Assembly (NCBI RefSeq): GCF_018350175.1
Contig: NC_058368.1
Location: forward strand, 83,702,001-83,766,000
Direction: 5' to 3'
Length of the DNA stretch: 64,000 nucleotides
Source: Felis catus
Lineage: Eukaryota
Under the pieces are notes generated by a model that made no database searches, had not been told where the DNA came from, and was given only the letters and a program-made list of their open reading frames with translations. The translations under genes and the position numbers were made by a program. Below are positions 27,072 through 39,272 of the stretch, in pieces. Position 1 is the stretch's first letter; the number at the start of each line of letters is the position of its first letter.

Positions 27072-28031
27072 TTATACATACAAGTCATATATTTTCTGAG
27101 TAAGACCATTTCTCATTACCAGTGTTCTCCAGGCCCCTTTCACATCTTTGTTTCTCAGAGTATAGATAATGGGGTTTAAGACTGGGGTGACTATGGTGTA
27201 GAAAAGAGAGACAAATTTACCCTGTTTTTTTGACCTACTTTTGGCCGGCTGAAGGTACATAAAAATGATGGTGCCATAGAAAATGATGACCACAATCAGG
27301 TGGGATGAACAAGTCCCAAAAACCTTCCAGCGCCCTGCTGCTGATTTTATCCTCAGCACAGCTTTTGTTATGAAGCCATAGGAGACTAAGATGAGTGACA
27401 CTGGGACAACTAGAAAAATCACACTAGCCACAAAGAGTTCTACTTCATTGAAAGTTGTGTCCACACAGGCCAGTTTGATGAGCACAGGAACCTCACAGAA
27501 AATGTGGTCCAGTTTGCGATGTCCACAAAGGGGTAGCTGAACAGTAAGGGAGCACTGGATTAAGGAGGTGATCAGTCCACTGAGCCATGCTATGCTGGCT
27601 AGGGATGCACAGAGCTGAGGATGCATAATGGTTGTATATTGCAGAGGCTGGCAGACAGCAGCATAACGATCATAAGCCATGACCGCCAGGAGAATACATT
27701 CAGAGGAACCCAACCCCATGGCCACATACAGCTGGGCCACGCATCCACCATAGCTCACACTTTTCTCTTTCTTATTCATGGTAACTAGCAACTGTGGGGC
27801 AACACTGGTGGTAAAGCAGATGTCCACACAAGACAGATTGCTGAGGAAAAAGTACATTGGCGTGTGGAGTTTGGGGACTAAACAAGATACTAAAATAATG
27901 GTAGTGTTCCCCAGAATGTTAAAGATGTACAAAAGCAAAATTATGATGAAAAGGATCCTTTCAAGCCAGGGTTCATCTGCAAATCCCAGGAGAAGAAAAC
28001 CCTTTTCAGAGCTGTTGCTGCTTTCCTCCAT
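27072..28031 (-). CDS. OR2G6: Olfactory receptor, class II family 2 (OR2G6-like), intact single-exon CDS, 319 aa
   Basis: Uninterrupted ORF with OR motifs: N-terminal NSS sequon, GN in TM1, LHTPMYFFLSNLS, MAYDRYAAVCQPLQY, HIFCEVP, KLAC, SYGFI, TCSSHL, PVLNPIIYTLRNKDVK. Kozak context gacgATGG. Segments such as NSSEKGFLLLGF and TTSVAPQLLVTMNKK match my recollection of human OR2G6; orthology was not checked by search. Confidence 0.93.
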   Translation of the reverse strand: MEESSNSSEKGFLLLGFADEPWLERILFIIILLLYIFNILGNTTIILVSCLVPKLHTPMYFFLSNLSCVDICFTTSVAPQLLVTMNKKEKSVSYGGCVAQLYVAMGLGSSECILLAVMAYDRYAAVCQPLQYTTIMHPQLCASLASIAWLSGLITSLIQCSLTVQLPLCGHRKLDHIFCEVPVLIKLACVDTTFNEVELFVASVIFLVVPVSLILVSYGFITKAVLRIKSAAGRWKVFGTCSSHLIVVIIFYGTIIFMYLQPAKSRSKKQGKFVSLFYTIVTPVLNPIIYTLRNKDVKGAWRTLVMRNGLTQKIYDLYV

Positions 28032-28065
28032 CGTCCTGCAGATGTCAATTTATAGGATTAATATT

Positions 28066-28090
28066 CTGGAGAAAGAAGATAGTAAGATGA
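28066..28090 (-). promoter_or_regulatory. Candidate 3' splice acceptor of the OR coding exon
   Basis: Minus strand reads ttactatcttctttctccAG, ending about 35 nt upstream of the ATG. A weaker ctgcAG lies 4 nt before the ATG. OR genes typically have non-coding 5' exons spliced just upstream of the CDS. Confidence 0.6.
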
Positions 28091-28719
28091 ACATTGGTAA
28101 ACTGTGGTGTTTCTTATATGATTGTCCTCCTTTTACAGCATTCAGCCATATTGTAAAAGCTGATAGCATTTTTCTCAATGTCTATTCTTCGACAGAAAAA
28201 TGTCTCTTCCTTCTGTTTTCTTGAGCACATTTCACTCTTTCAAATGGAGCAACACCAATTCAAACACTATCACAATGCTCTCTCTTGTTTACATCCATAA
28301 TCCAAGAGAATGGTATCTGCCCCTCACTCTTGTTCTCACCCAAAGGTCTTTGTAAACTTACGATGTTTATTTGTAAGACTCTATTCTATCAATTTTGGCT
28401 TGATCCTCCTAAAAGATTCTGCCATAATTTTTTTTTAATTAAACAATGGCAGATAGTATGAAGGAAGCATCAAGAAAATTAACATTTACCTGTCTTTGGA
28501 GAGAATATAGGTTAGTCGATGCTAGTGATGGCACATCTCAGACATAAAAAAGATTTTGAAATGGTATGTCAAAAAGGAACTGCTGAAAAAGATGGTCTTC
28601 AGAAGACATATGACAATCAAATTACCATCAACCTGATGGGGGATTCATTGTTTTAAACATTGGAATTATCTTCACACAGAATTTGAACTACTGACATTTT
28701 TAACTAAATGACCAGAGAA

Positions 28720-28917
28720 CAGGCGCACGTGGGTGGGTCAGTCAGTTGAGTGTCCAATTCTTGATTTTGGCTCTGGAGATGATTCCAGGGTCATAGAATT
28801 GAGCCCTGCTTAAGATTTTGTCTCTCTGTTCTCTTCTTCCTATCTCCTGATCTCTCTCATTCTCTCTCTCTCTCATTCTCATTCTCCCTCTCTCTGTGTC
28901 TCTAAAATAAATTTTTT
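28720..28917 (+). mobile_element. Can-SINE
   Basis: TSD aaatgaccaga at 28707 and 28918; (CT)n tract. Confidence 0.85.
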
Positions 28918-29157
28918 AAATGACCAGACAATAATCTTACATACAGACATTCTTCCATAGATTCTCTTTATTTCCCACCTCCTTCTCTTCTTATCTCCTT
29001 TCCAGGTTTTTTTTTTGTTTTTTTTTTTTTTAGTTTATTGATTATTGTTGCTTACTTTTCAAGTACTTAGGGATGAGTTAGAGAAGTAGTCTCCTCTGTA
29101 GGCACTTCCAATTAAACAAAAACTTCACATCTTTTCTTATAAAACAAATATTGAATA

Positions 29158-29340
29158 AGGGAAGATATCAGTGAAGTAAGAGGACCCTGGAGTTGTCCTG
29201 TCCCAGGAACACAACTAGATAACTTCCACAACTAAAGGGAGAGAAGAGGCCACATTGAAGAAGGTATGAAGTGTGGAGACATGGTTTAGGGGAGATATGT
29301 ATCATGGGAGTTGAGGAGGGGAAGGATCCCCGATTGCTAA

Positions 29341-29376
<36 letters not shown>

Positions 29377-30920
29377 GCACAAGGACAACATTTTACCAAG
29401 GCCATTGGCTAGGAAAACAAGCGGGGATGATTTCCTGAATTTTTGCAACAAGTGGGGCTTAAAGCCTGGAGTTTTAAAAGTCCATGAACTTGTGTAGGAT
29501 AGAACCAGGAGGGCACTGTGCTGCTCCTGAAAGAAGGGAAGCAAAACACCTGGGGGTAGATAACATGGAAACAGCAATCTAAAGAATGTCTAAGATAAAT
29601 GGAGGGAGATTTCTTGCTTTTCTCAGAGACTGTTTCTGAAAGGCAACATTCAGGGGGACACCTCTCCAGGAACAATGGAGCTGGCTGGCACCATTTTCTT
29701 TCACTGCCCCTCAACATAAACACAGAACCATCTGGGGGAAGCAGTGGATGCACAACTTGCTTATTCCAAGACCAACACGCTTGTGTTCTGACAGGAGTGC
29801 TCTTCTCAGTCAAACTTCCCTCAGTCCCAGAACAGTGGACCCCTCCACTAGAAGACCATCACAAAAACCTGCCCATACCACATCTCCTGAACAGAGTTTT
29901 TCAGGATCTTGGTTCTAGTGGAAGTAGTGCCAGGTCTCATTTCACAAGACCAGAGTACACCTCGTTAAAACTCACCACTTTCAGGCTAGGGGCCAAACAA
30001 TGACCACAACAAGCAAGGAGAGCCTTTGCAGATGACTGGCTTGAAGGATAAAGCAGCAAAACTACAAAAGAATAGTGCATGCAGCACACAGTGGAGACAC
30101 TTCTTGAAACACCAAGCCCTGGACATTACATGAACTCCTCTTCATAAAGCAATTATTTCAGGAGCAAAAGACATACTGTCTTTTCCTTCTTTTCTTTTTT
30201 TTAAAATACATTTTTAAAGTTTATTTATATTTATTTTTTAGAAGGAGAGAAAATGCAAGCAGGGGAGAGGCAGAAAGAGAAGGAGAGGAAGAATCCCAAG
30301 CAGGGTTTGTTCTGTCAGTGTGGAGCCTGATGTGGGACTAAATCTCAGAAACCATGAGATCATGACCTGAGCCAAAACCAAGAGTTGACTGAGCCACCAG
30401 GTGCCCCCATAACTGGCTTTTCTAACACAAAGGAGGCGGAGATTTAAATAAAATGTCAAGATGGAAGAATTCATCCCAAATGAAAGAACAAGGTAAAGCC
30501 ATGGCCAGAGATCTAACAGGTATAAGTAGCATGACTGCTGGAGAATTTAAGTCAACAATCATAAAGATACTCACTGCACTTGAGAAAAGAATAGAAGGCA
30601 TCAGGGAGACCCTTACCACAAAGAGAAGAGAGTTAAAAAAATCAATCAGACATGAATAATGCAAAAAAAAAATGAATTTGGAAATATACTTGGTGCAATG
30701 AACACAGACTCGAAGAAGATTTAGTGATATAGAAGACAAAATGGAAAATAATTAAGTTGAACAAGAGAAAGAATTGTACAACACAAGAATAGACTTAGGG
30801 AAATCAGTTAGTCCATCAAAATAATGAAGTTGAAGAAAAGAGAGAAAGAAGAATTATGGATCACCAGAATCATTCAGAAAAGAAGGAGAGATGAAGAGCT
30901 TCCCAGACAAACAAAAACCA
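29158..30920 (+). mobile_element. LINE-1 5' UTR plus partial ORF1 (no ORF2 or 3' end attached)
   Basis: L1-like start gggaagatatcagtgaagtaagaggaccc; ORF1 N-terminus MSRWKNSSQMKEQ...EFKSTIIKILTALEKRIE at 30453; ORF1-end fragment cttcccagacaaacaaaa near 30900. Confidence 0.8.
30197..30408 (-). mobile_element. Can-SINE nested in the L1 5' UTR
   Basis: Antisense SINE ending caggtgccccc. Confidence 0.88.
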
Positions 30921-31589
30921 AATGTTGACTTTTAATTTTTGATATTTTAATGCTGTTTATAGCCAGCTACCATTTATCATTTTTGTTAAAAATGTTTACT
31001 TTGAACACATTACCTTTTAGTATATAATATTTGAAAAATAATATCATATATAAACTTTTAAAATAACATTTATTTGTAGTATCATCATTCAAATATGATC
31101 ACTGTTAACTGCTGAGTGTACTAGGAGAAAAAAATTGGTAATGCTAAAAGACGTACTTTAATCCCCACATTTTTCATTTGTCATCAGTACTTTAATGAAA
31201 ATTCCATATTTATTATTTGTAATTGGTATAAATATTAAATTGGTGGTTATCAAATTATATTATCATAATTTCTTAAAATAAATATCAATTTTTCTTTTTT
31301 ACTTTTTTCAATGTTTCTATAGAAACATTACTATACTGTAGATACTACATACACCAAATCTTGTTTTTGGTTTAAATTTTCCTATGACAACAGATTAAAA
31401 ATATATAATAAAGAAAAAAATTATCTTAATTTCAAAGACTGCATACACTTTCATGTGACTAATGTTAGTTAACAATTATTTTGTTACATGTAATTGAATT
31501 GGTTAGAGTTTATTAATATAGTTGATAATATTGCAAAAATACATGCATTTACTTACACTTAGTAGACTTATTTACTTTACAGATTTCCA

Positions 31590-33242
31590 AAATAGAATTA
31601 GTTACCAAAAATATATGAAAATTATATATTTCATATAATATATATATTTCATATTATATATATATTATATATAATTTCAATTAATATAGCTTGCCAATCT
31701 TATGTGTGTAGTACAATAAATGCTCCTCTGTGATATTTTTGAAAGTTACTCATGTCAATTTATAATGAACAAATTACATTTTATTATTTTTAACCCTTAA
31801 TGTAATTTGTAAAAATAATTGTTTTAATATTTATTTTTGAGTTGAAGTTATTTGTTATTTGTAATTTATTAAATGTTGCTTTAACTCTTTGTATATTTTG
31901 TTCATTTTTAATTCATATATTTGAATATTAAAATTATTTATGCTGGAAAACAACTGACTTGTTTTCTCTTCCTTCTTCTGAGCTATTTTGTTTTATGGAA
32001 ATATATTAGTTCAATATATAATCAAATACTTGACCAATATTCAGAAACTACTATCAAAGTGATGATGTTAAATGTCAAATGAAAATAAAATGAAAAATGT
32101 GTAAAATGAAATATATATAGTATTCTATATATATATAGTATATCTATAATTGTGTTATAATTACATTATAATCCAAATGAAAATATCTGAGAAAAATAGA
32201 TGAAATGGAACACTTACACATACTTAGCCAAACCTGGTCAATGAATATCAGGGACAAAATACTTGATGCATGCCATCATTAATATCAAAACTTTAGGTTT
32301 CCATTAAAGGAGGAAGGCATGGAGCACAAAGTGAAACTTACCCTATCTTTGATGTTCTAAACAAAACAAAACAAAACAAGCTTGTTTTTGTATATACTTA
32401 TTAATCAAAATAAAATGATAAAATGTTAAACCTATAAGGTACTCTTATTCAAATTATGATTGATTCCTTGTGACTTTACTGCTGAAATTATATATAATAT
32501 ATTATTATATTATATTTATATAATGAATTGTAATTATAATATTTATTATATTTATATATTCATAAACATATGACATATACAAATTATAAAGTATGTCATT
32601 CACTATATATACTATATAATTACAGAGAAAATATTTGTTTATTATAAAATTACATGGTATGTATATAAATTTATACTATTTTATATACTATATCATTTTA
32701 TAATATAAATAAATAAATATAACCATAAGTAAAATTTATTATATTTTATATATTTATATAACATAAAATTAAAGCATGTATAATAAATATAAATATATAA
32801 TGAACATGTTTATATAAAATATAAATATAAAATATAAGTAAATATATTTAATATATAAATACATATATTTGTACGATATATAATAAAATATGTATTATGT
32901 ATATGATATTCATGAATACAACCTTATTACAACAATATAAAAATGTATCTGGGTTTAGAAGTTGTATAACATTAAACTTTCTTTCCTAAGGAAAAGCACA
33001 AATAGTACAAAATCATTTTGTGATCAAGGAACCATAAAAAAAAAATAGGTTTTTATTTGAGATATAATAATTTAGAGGAAAGAAGAAAAAAAAACTTCGA
33101 TCCTACATGCATTTTGTTCATGCCTTATGATATTAGTTATTAGTTTGCTAATAACAAAATAGTGGAAAAGAGAATTCATAGACAAAATGGGAGATATAAA
33201 TGTTAACTAATAGTGTACTGAGAAAAAAAATTCTTTAAATTA

Positions 33243-33287
<45 letters not shown>

Positions 33288-33291
33288 GAGC

Positions 33292-33337
<46 letters not shown>

Positions 33338-33340
33338 TAG
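31590..33340. repeat. Extremely AT-rich, low-complexity tract with degenerate (TA)n
   Basis: Long runs nearly devoid of G/C (e.g. 32480-32940) and (TG)(TA) microsatellites at 33243-33340. Confidence 0.8.
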
Positions 33341-33590
33341 TGTGTGTGGGTGTATGTGTATGTATATTTGTCAGTATATTATTGTCACCTTCACCACTTC
33401 TCTCTCCCAGTCACCATCATGTACCATCTGGAGCTCTGCAAGAGTTCCCCAACAGAAAATCTTTTGTGGCATTAACTTTAATCAGCTCCTTCTTCACAGA
33501 AGCAGAGTAAGTTTTCTAATATAAATAAGGAAATGATGGCTGCTGGTATACAGCTTTAGTTAATTTTCTGATTTTTTTCTTTCTACCTTT

Positions 33591-34027
33591 TTTCTTTAAT
33601 TTTTTTAATGTTTCCTTTTGAGACAGAGCATGAATGGGGAGGGGCAGAGAGAGAGAGAGAGGGAGACATAGAATCCAAAGCAGACTCTAGGCTCTGAACT
33701 GTCAGCACAGAGCCCAAAGAGGGGCTTAAACTCACAAACCATGAGGTCATGACCACAGCCAAAGTCGTTTAACCAACTGAGCCACCCAAGAGTCCTTATT
33801 CTTTCTACTTTTTAAAAAATGATTATATTTGTGAGAGAGAGAGAGAGAGAAAACACAAGTGGGAGAGGGTCAGAGAAAGAGAGAAGGACACACAGATTTT
33901 GAAGCAGACTCCAGGTTCTGAGCTGTCAGCACAGAGTCTGATGTGGGGCTCCAGCTCATGATCTGTGAGATCATGACCTGAGCCAAAGTCAGGTCATGCT
34001 TAACTGACTTGGCCACCCAGGGACCCC
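33591..34027 (-). mobile_element. Two tandem Can-SINEs (33591-33796 and 33815-34027)
   Basis: Two complete antisense SINEs separated and flanked by ttctttctac. Confidence 0.92.
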
Positions 34028-34466
34028 TATTCTTTCTACTTTTAATTTTTAATTTTATACCAAACACCCAGGACAAGGAATAAGAAAATAAGGTTATAAA
34101 TGGCACTTTCATTATAATTGGAAGACAAAGAAAACCAACCAACCAAATACAAATTACATCTAATAGAGGAAAAAAGCTACTGAAACACATCAGAATTTGT
34201 GCTGAAAACTGAAAATGAGAACAAAGGGTCCTGAGAAAAAGAAGAGCAACATTCAAGGTCACTGATAGAGGCAACAAATCAAAAATATCAGAAAATATCT
34301 TTCCTATTAAGAAGAGAGTTTTTCCCCCATTACTGTGAATAGCTGTTGACAAGTCTGATAGACAATAAGCAAAGAACAATTAGAGGATAAATGGAGAGAA
34401 AGGTTTGGAAAGAACCTGGGGTGGAGGTGGTAGACCTAAGAGGACAGCATGGTCTAAACTGAGGGG

Positions 34467-35317
34467 AACATGCAGAAGAATGAAACCGGACCACTTTCTT
34501 ATACGATACACACAAATAAGTTCAACATGGATGAAAGATCTAAATGTGAGGCAAGAAACTGTCAAAACTAGCCTAGAGGAGAACACAGGCAGAAACCTCC
34601 TTGACCTTGGCCAGAGCAACTTCTTACTACAAAAGTCTCTGGAGGCAAAGTAAACAAAAGCAAAAACTATTGAGACTTTATCAGAATAAAAAGTGTCTTC
34701 ACAGTAAAGGAATAAAATCAACAAAACAAAAAACAACCTACGGAATGGGAGGAGATTTTTATATATATTATACCTGATAAAGGTTATTATCCAAAATCTA
34801 TAAAGAAATTATAAAATAGCACCCAAAATAAAACAAATAATCAGTGAAGAAATGGGCAGAAGACATAAAATACATATTTTTCCAAAGAAGGATAGCTAAC
34901 AGATACATGAAACGATGTTCGACATCACCCATTCTCAGGAAATCAAAACTACAGTATCACCTCACTCCTGTCAGAATGGCTAAAATTAACAATAAAGAAA
35001 AACACCAGATGTTGGTAAGGATGCAGAGAAAGGAGAACCCTCTTACATTGTTGGTGGGAATGCAAACTGGTGCATCCACTCTAGAGAACAGTATGGAGGT
35101 TCCTCAAAAAGTTAAAACTAGAATTAACTTACAACCCAGCTATTGCACTACCAGGTATTTACCAAAAGGGTACAAAAATACTGATTTGAAAGAACACTGG
35201 CAACCCAATGTTTATAACAGCCTCATCAACAAAAACCAAATTATGAAAAAAGACTGAATGTCTATCAACTGAAGAATGGATAAAGAAGGTGTGGTATATA
35301 GATGTGTGTTTGTGTGC

Positions 35318-35362
<45 letters not shown>

Positions 35363-35791
35363 TTGGAATAGTACTCTGTCATAAAAAGAATGAAATCTTG
35401 CCATTTGCAATGGGGTGAATGGAGCTAGAGCATATTATGCTAAGCAAAATAAGGCAAAGAAAGACAAATACCACATGATTTCATTCATATGTGTAATTTA
35501 AAAACAAAACAGATGAGCATAGGGGCAAGGGAAGGAAAGAGAGAGAAGGAAGCAAATCATAAGAGTCTCTTAACTATAGAGTACAAATTGAGGGTTTCCT
35601 GAGGGGAGGTGGGTGGCGTGATGTGCTAAATGGGTGATGGGTATTAAGGAGGGAAATTATTGTAATGAGTACTGGGTGTATATATAAGTGAGAAATTACT
35701 AAATTCTACTCCTAAAACCAATATTACACATAAAGTATAATAACTAACTAGCTTTTAAATAAAACTTCAAACAAAAAAGTTAAAAATAAAA
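34467..35791 (+). mobile_element. 5'-truncated carnivore LINE-1 with internal (TG)n
   Basis: ORF2 end ([13 protein letters not shown]), 3' UTR, A-tail; TSD taaactgagggg at 34455-34466 and 35792-35803. Confidence 0.92.
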
Positions 35792-35847
35792 TAAACTGAG
35801 GGGTTCACCATACCAGTCACAGATAGGGATAATAAGGTAATAAAAAA

Positions 35848-36262
35848 AGGAGTGCCTGGGTGGCTCAGTCAGTTATAAATGTCTGACTCTTGATTTAGCT
35901 CAGGTCATGATGTCACACTTCACAGGATTGAGCCCCATACTGACAGCACAGAACATGCTTGGGATTCTCTCTCCCCCTTTTTCTCTGTCCCTACCCTGTT
36001 CCCTTGCTCACTCTCTCTCTAAATGAATAAACTTAAAACATAAGGTAGTAGGGGTGCCTGGGTGGCTCAGTTGGTTAGGCAACCGACTTTGGCTAAGGTC
36101 ATGATCTCACAGTTTGTGGATTCGAGCCCTGCATCAGGGTCTGTGCTGACAGCTCAGAGCCTGGAGCCTGCTTCAGATTCTGTGTCTCCCCCTCTCTCTA
36201 CCTCTCCCCTGCTCACGTTCTGTGTCTCTCTGTCTCTCAATAATAAATAAACATTAAAAAAA
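35848..36262 (+). mobile_element. Two tandem Can-SINEs (35848-36040 and 36051-36262)
   Basis: Two complete SINEs separated and flanked by taaggta(a/g)ta. Confidence 0.92.
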
Positions 36263-36279
36263 TAAGGTAGTAAAAAATG

Positions 36280-37630
36280 AAGCATAACTTTTGTTCAACA
36301 TAATTCTGGAAATCTTAGTCACAGTAATCAACTAAGAAAAAGAAACTAGAGGTATCTACATCAGTAAAGAAATGTTAAACTGTTATTAATTGCAGATGAT
36401 ATATATTACAGATAGAAAAATCTACCAGTAATAACAAATGAATTCAGTAAAATTGCAAGATACAATATTAAAACCCAGAAAGTTATAATGGTTCTATACA
36501 CTAATAATAAAGTAGCAGAAAGAGAAATTAAGAAAACAATCATTTACAACTACACCAAAAAAAAAAAAAAATAGAATACCGAATACCTAAAATAAACTTA
36601 ACCAAGAGTGAGAGACCTGTACTCTGAAAACCATAAAACACTGATGAAATAAATTGAATATGACACAAATGAATGGAAAAGAAGTCCATGTTCATAGACT
36701 GGAAGAATTAATATTGTTTAAATATCCGTATCGCATAAAGCAATGTATAGGTTCAATGCACTTCCTATACCAACAGTTTTAACAAACTAGAACAAATAAT
36801 ACTAAAATTTGTATGAAAACAAAACACACCATGAATAGTCAAAACAATCTTGAAGAAAAACAAAGCTGGGATATCACAATTCCACAATTCGGGATATACC
36901 ACAAAGATACAGTAATCAATATAATATGATGCTGTACAAAAATAGACCCATAGCTCAATGGAACAGAATAGACAGCCCAGAAATAAACCTACAATTGTAT
37001 GGTTAATTATTTTATGGTCAAAGGAGGCAAGAATATAGAGTCAGGAAAAAACAGACTCTTCAATAATTGGTACTGGGAAAACTAGAAAACTACATGCAAA
37101 ATAATGAAAGTGGATGACTTTCTAACAGGATACACAAAAAATAACCTCAAAATGGATTAAATATGTGATACCTGAATGGATTAAGTTTGAGACCCAAAAT
37201 GATAAAAATCCTAAAAGAAACAACAGGCAGTAATTTCTCTGACATCGGCCATAACAACATTTTTCTCAATATGTCTTCTAAGGCCACCGAAACAAAAGCA
37301 AAAATAACCTATCAGAACTACATAAAAATAAAAAGCATTTGCACTGCAAAGGAAACCAACAAAACAAGAAGACAAGAAAACATTTTATGCAGCCATAAAA
37401 TCATGCAATTGTGTCATTTGCAACAGCATTAATAGACCTGGAGGGTATTATGCTAAGTTAAATAAGTCAGAGTGGGAAAGACTAATAGATTATGATTTCA
37501 TTCATATGTGGGTGAAATCTAAAAGTAAATTAATAAACAAACAAAAATCAGAATCAGATCTCTAAATACAGACACTGACAGTTACCAGAGGGGAGGGATA
37601 TGGGAAATTGGCAAAGTGAGTGAAGATAAA
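36280..37630 (+). mobile_element. Degraded LINE-1 ORF2 and 3' fragment with an internal deletion near 37380
   Basis: ORF2-like sequence (ttgcagatgat, ggaagaattaatattg, YIKIKSICTAKET) jumps directly to the ORF2 end. Confidence 0.78.
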
Positions 37631-37873
37631 TGTATACGACAAGCTAGCCTGACTAGAACACCAGGTTGAGGTGATTGGTAAAGATCTTTCTCTGTCAAAG
37701 TGAATGAGTAAATAATAGAACAAATGACCACTTTGTAAAACGTGCAGACACCAGCATAAAAACGCAAGGATCATGAAAACAATGGGAAACATGACACCAC
37801 CAATGGAATCTAATAAAGCTTCAATAACCTATCCTAAAGAGAGACTTATAAACTGGTTGATAAAGAATTGAGA

Positions 37874-38093
37874 GGGATGCCTGGGTGGCTCAGTTGGTTA
37901 ACCGTCCGACTTCAGCTCAGGTCATGATCTCACAGTGCTTGAGTTCGAGCCCAACATTGGGCTCTGTGCTGACTGCTCAGAGCCTGGAGCCTGCTTCAGA
38001 TTCTGTGTCTCCCTCTCTCTCTGACCCTCCCCCGTTCGTGCTCTGTCTCAAAAATAAATAAACATTAAAAAAATAATTTAAAAAAATAAAAAT
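37874..38093 (+). mobile_element. Can-SINE
   Basis: TSD aaagaattgaga at about 37862 and 38095. Confidence 0.93.
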
Positions 38094-38295
38094 AAAAGAA
38101 TTGAGAATATTTTTTAATAAGTTCCATAAACTAAAAGAAAACTCAGACAGACAACTAAATTAGGAAAATAATACATGAATATAATAAGATGTTTAACAAA
38201 GAAAAAGAAACCATAAACAAAAACAAAAAGAAATCCTCTAACTAGAGTACAATGATTGACTGGAAAATTGAATGGCCAATTGAGAGACTTGATGG

Positions 38296-38495
38296 AGGGT
38301 CACCTGAGTGGTTCAGTCCTTGAGCTTCCAACAATTGATTTCAGCTCAAGTTATGATCCCAGGGTCATGGGACTGAGCCCCTTGTCAGTTTCTGCACTGA
38401 GTATGGAGCCTGCATAAGATTCTCTCTCTCCCTCTTCCTCCCCCTCTCCCCCCTCCCTTGCTCAAGTGATCTCTCTCTAAAATAAAAAAAAAGAA
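38296..38495 (+). mobile_element. Can-SINE (older)
   Basis: cacctgagtggttcagtc head, pyrimidine tract, A-tail. Confidence 0.82.
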
Positions 38496-38574
38496 AATGA
38501 ATTTTTTAAAGAGAACTGATCAAGAAGAATAAATTATTAAACTTAAAAACAAGTCATTTGAAATTAACCATTCA

Positions 38575-38615
<41 letters not shown>

Positions 38616-38966
38616 GAAAAAGTGAAAATTTCTACAGAATAGGAAACTGTCATAGTACACAATATAAACATTATAGGAGTCTCAGAAGGAAAAGAGAAAA
38701 TCCATTTAAAGAAAATGACCAAAAGTCCCAAATTGGAGTAAGAACATGAACATCCAAGGATAGGAAGCCGAAAGATTCCGAAGTAGATTTAAGCCAAAGA
38801 GGGCTCACTGAAACACAATATAATAAAAAAAATGTGAAAACACATTTCACAAATGTGAAAACACACAAGGAAGGGAACCCCCATAAAAATATCAGCAGAT
38901 TTTTCAGTAGGGGACTGGTAGGTCAGGATATAATAGGATGATATGTTTAAAAAATACTCTACCTGA

Positions 38967-39181
38967 GGGGCACCTGGGTTGCTCAGTTGGTTTAGCGTCT
39001 GACTTCCGCTCAGGTCATGATCTCACAGTTCGTGGGTTCGAGCCCTGCATCGGGCTCTGTGCTGATAGCTCCGAGCCTGGAGCCTGCTTTGGATTCTGTG
39101 TCTCCTCTCTCTGTTCCTCCCCTGCTCACGCTCTGTCTGTCTGTCTCTCTCTCTCAAAAATAAAGAGTTAAACAAAATTTT
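38967..39181 (+). mobile_element. Can-SINE
   Basis: 17-bp TSD aaaaatactctacctga at 38950 and 39182. Confidence 0.94.
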
Positions 39182-39238
39182 AAAAATACTCTACCTGAGA
39201 AACTGCCTTCAGAAATGGAGAGGTAAAAGCTCCACTCC

Positions 39239-39272
<34 letters not shown>

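Noticed and set aside
27778..28224. 148-aa ORF antisense to the OR
   Set aside because: Shadow frame of the OR CDS with no recognisable motifs.
29302..30003. Two 134-aa ORFs on opposite strands
   Set aside because: They lie within an L1 5' UTR and show no protein-family features.
33870..34379. 169-aa hydrophobic ORF
   Set aside because: Reads from AT-rich sequence into a SINE; no OR or other family motifs.
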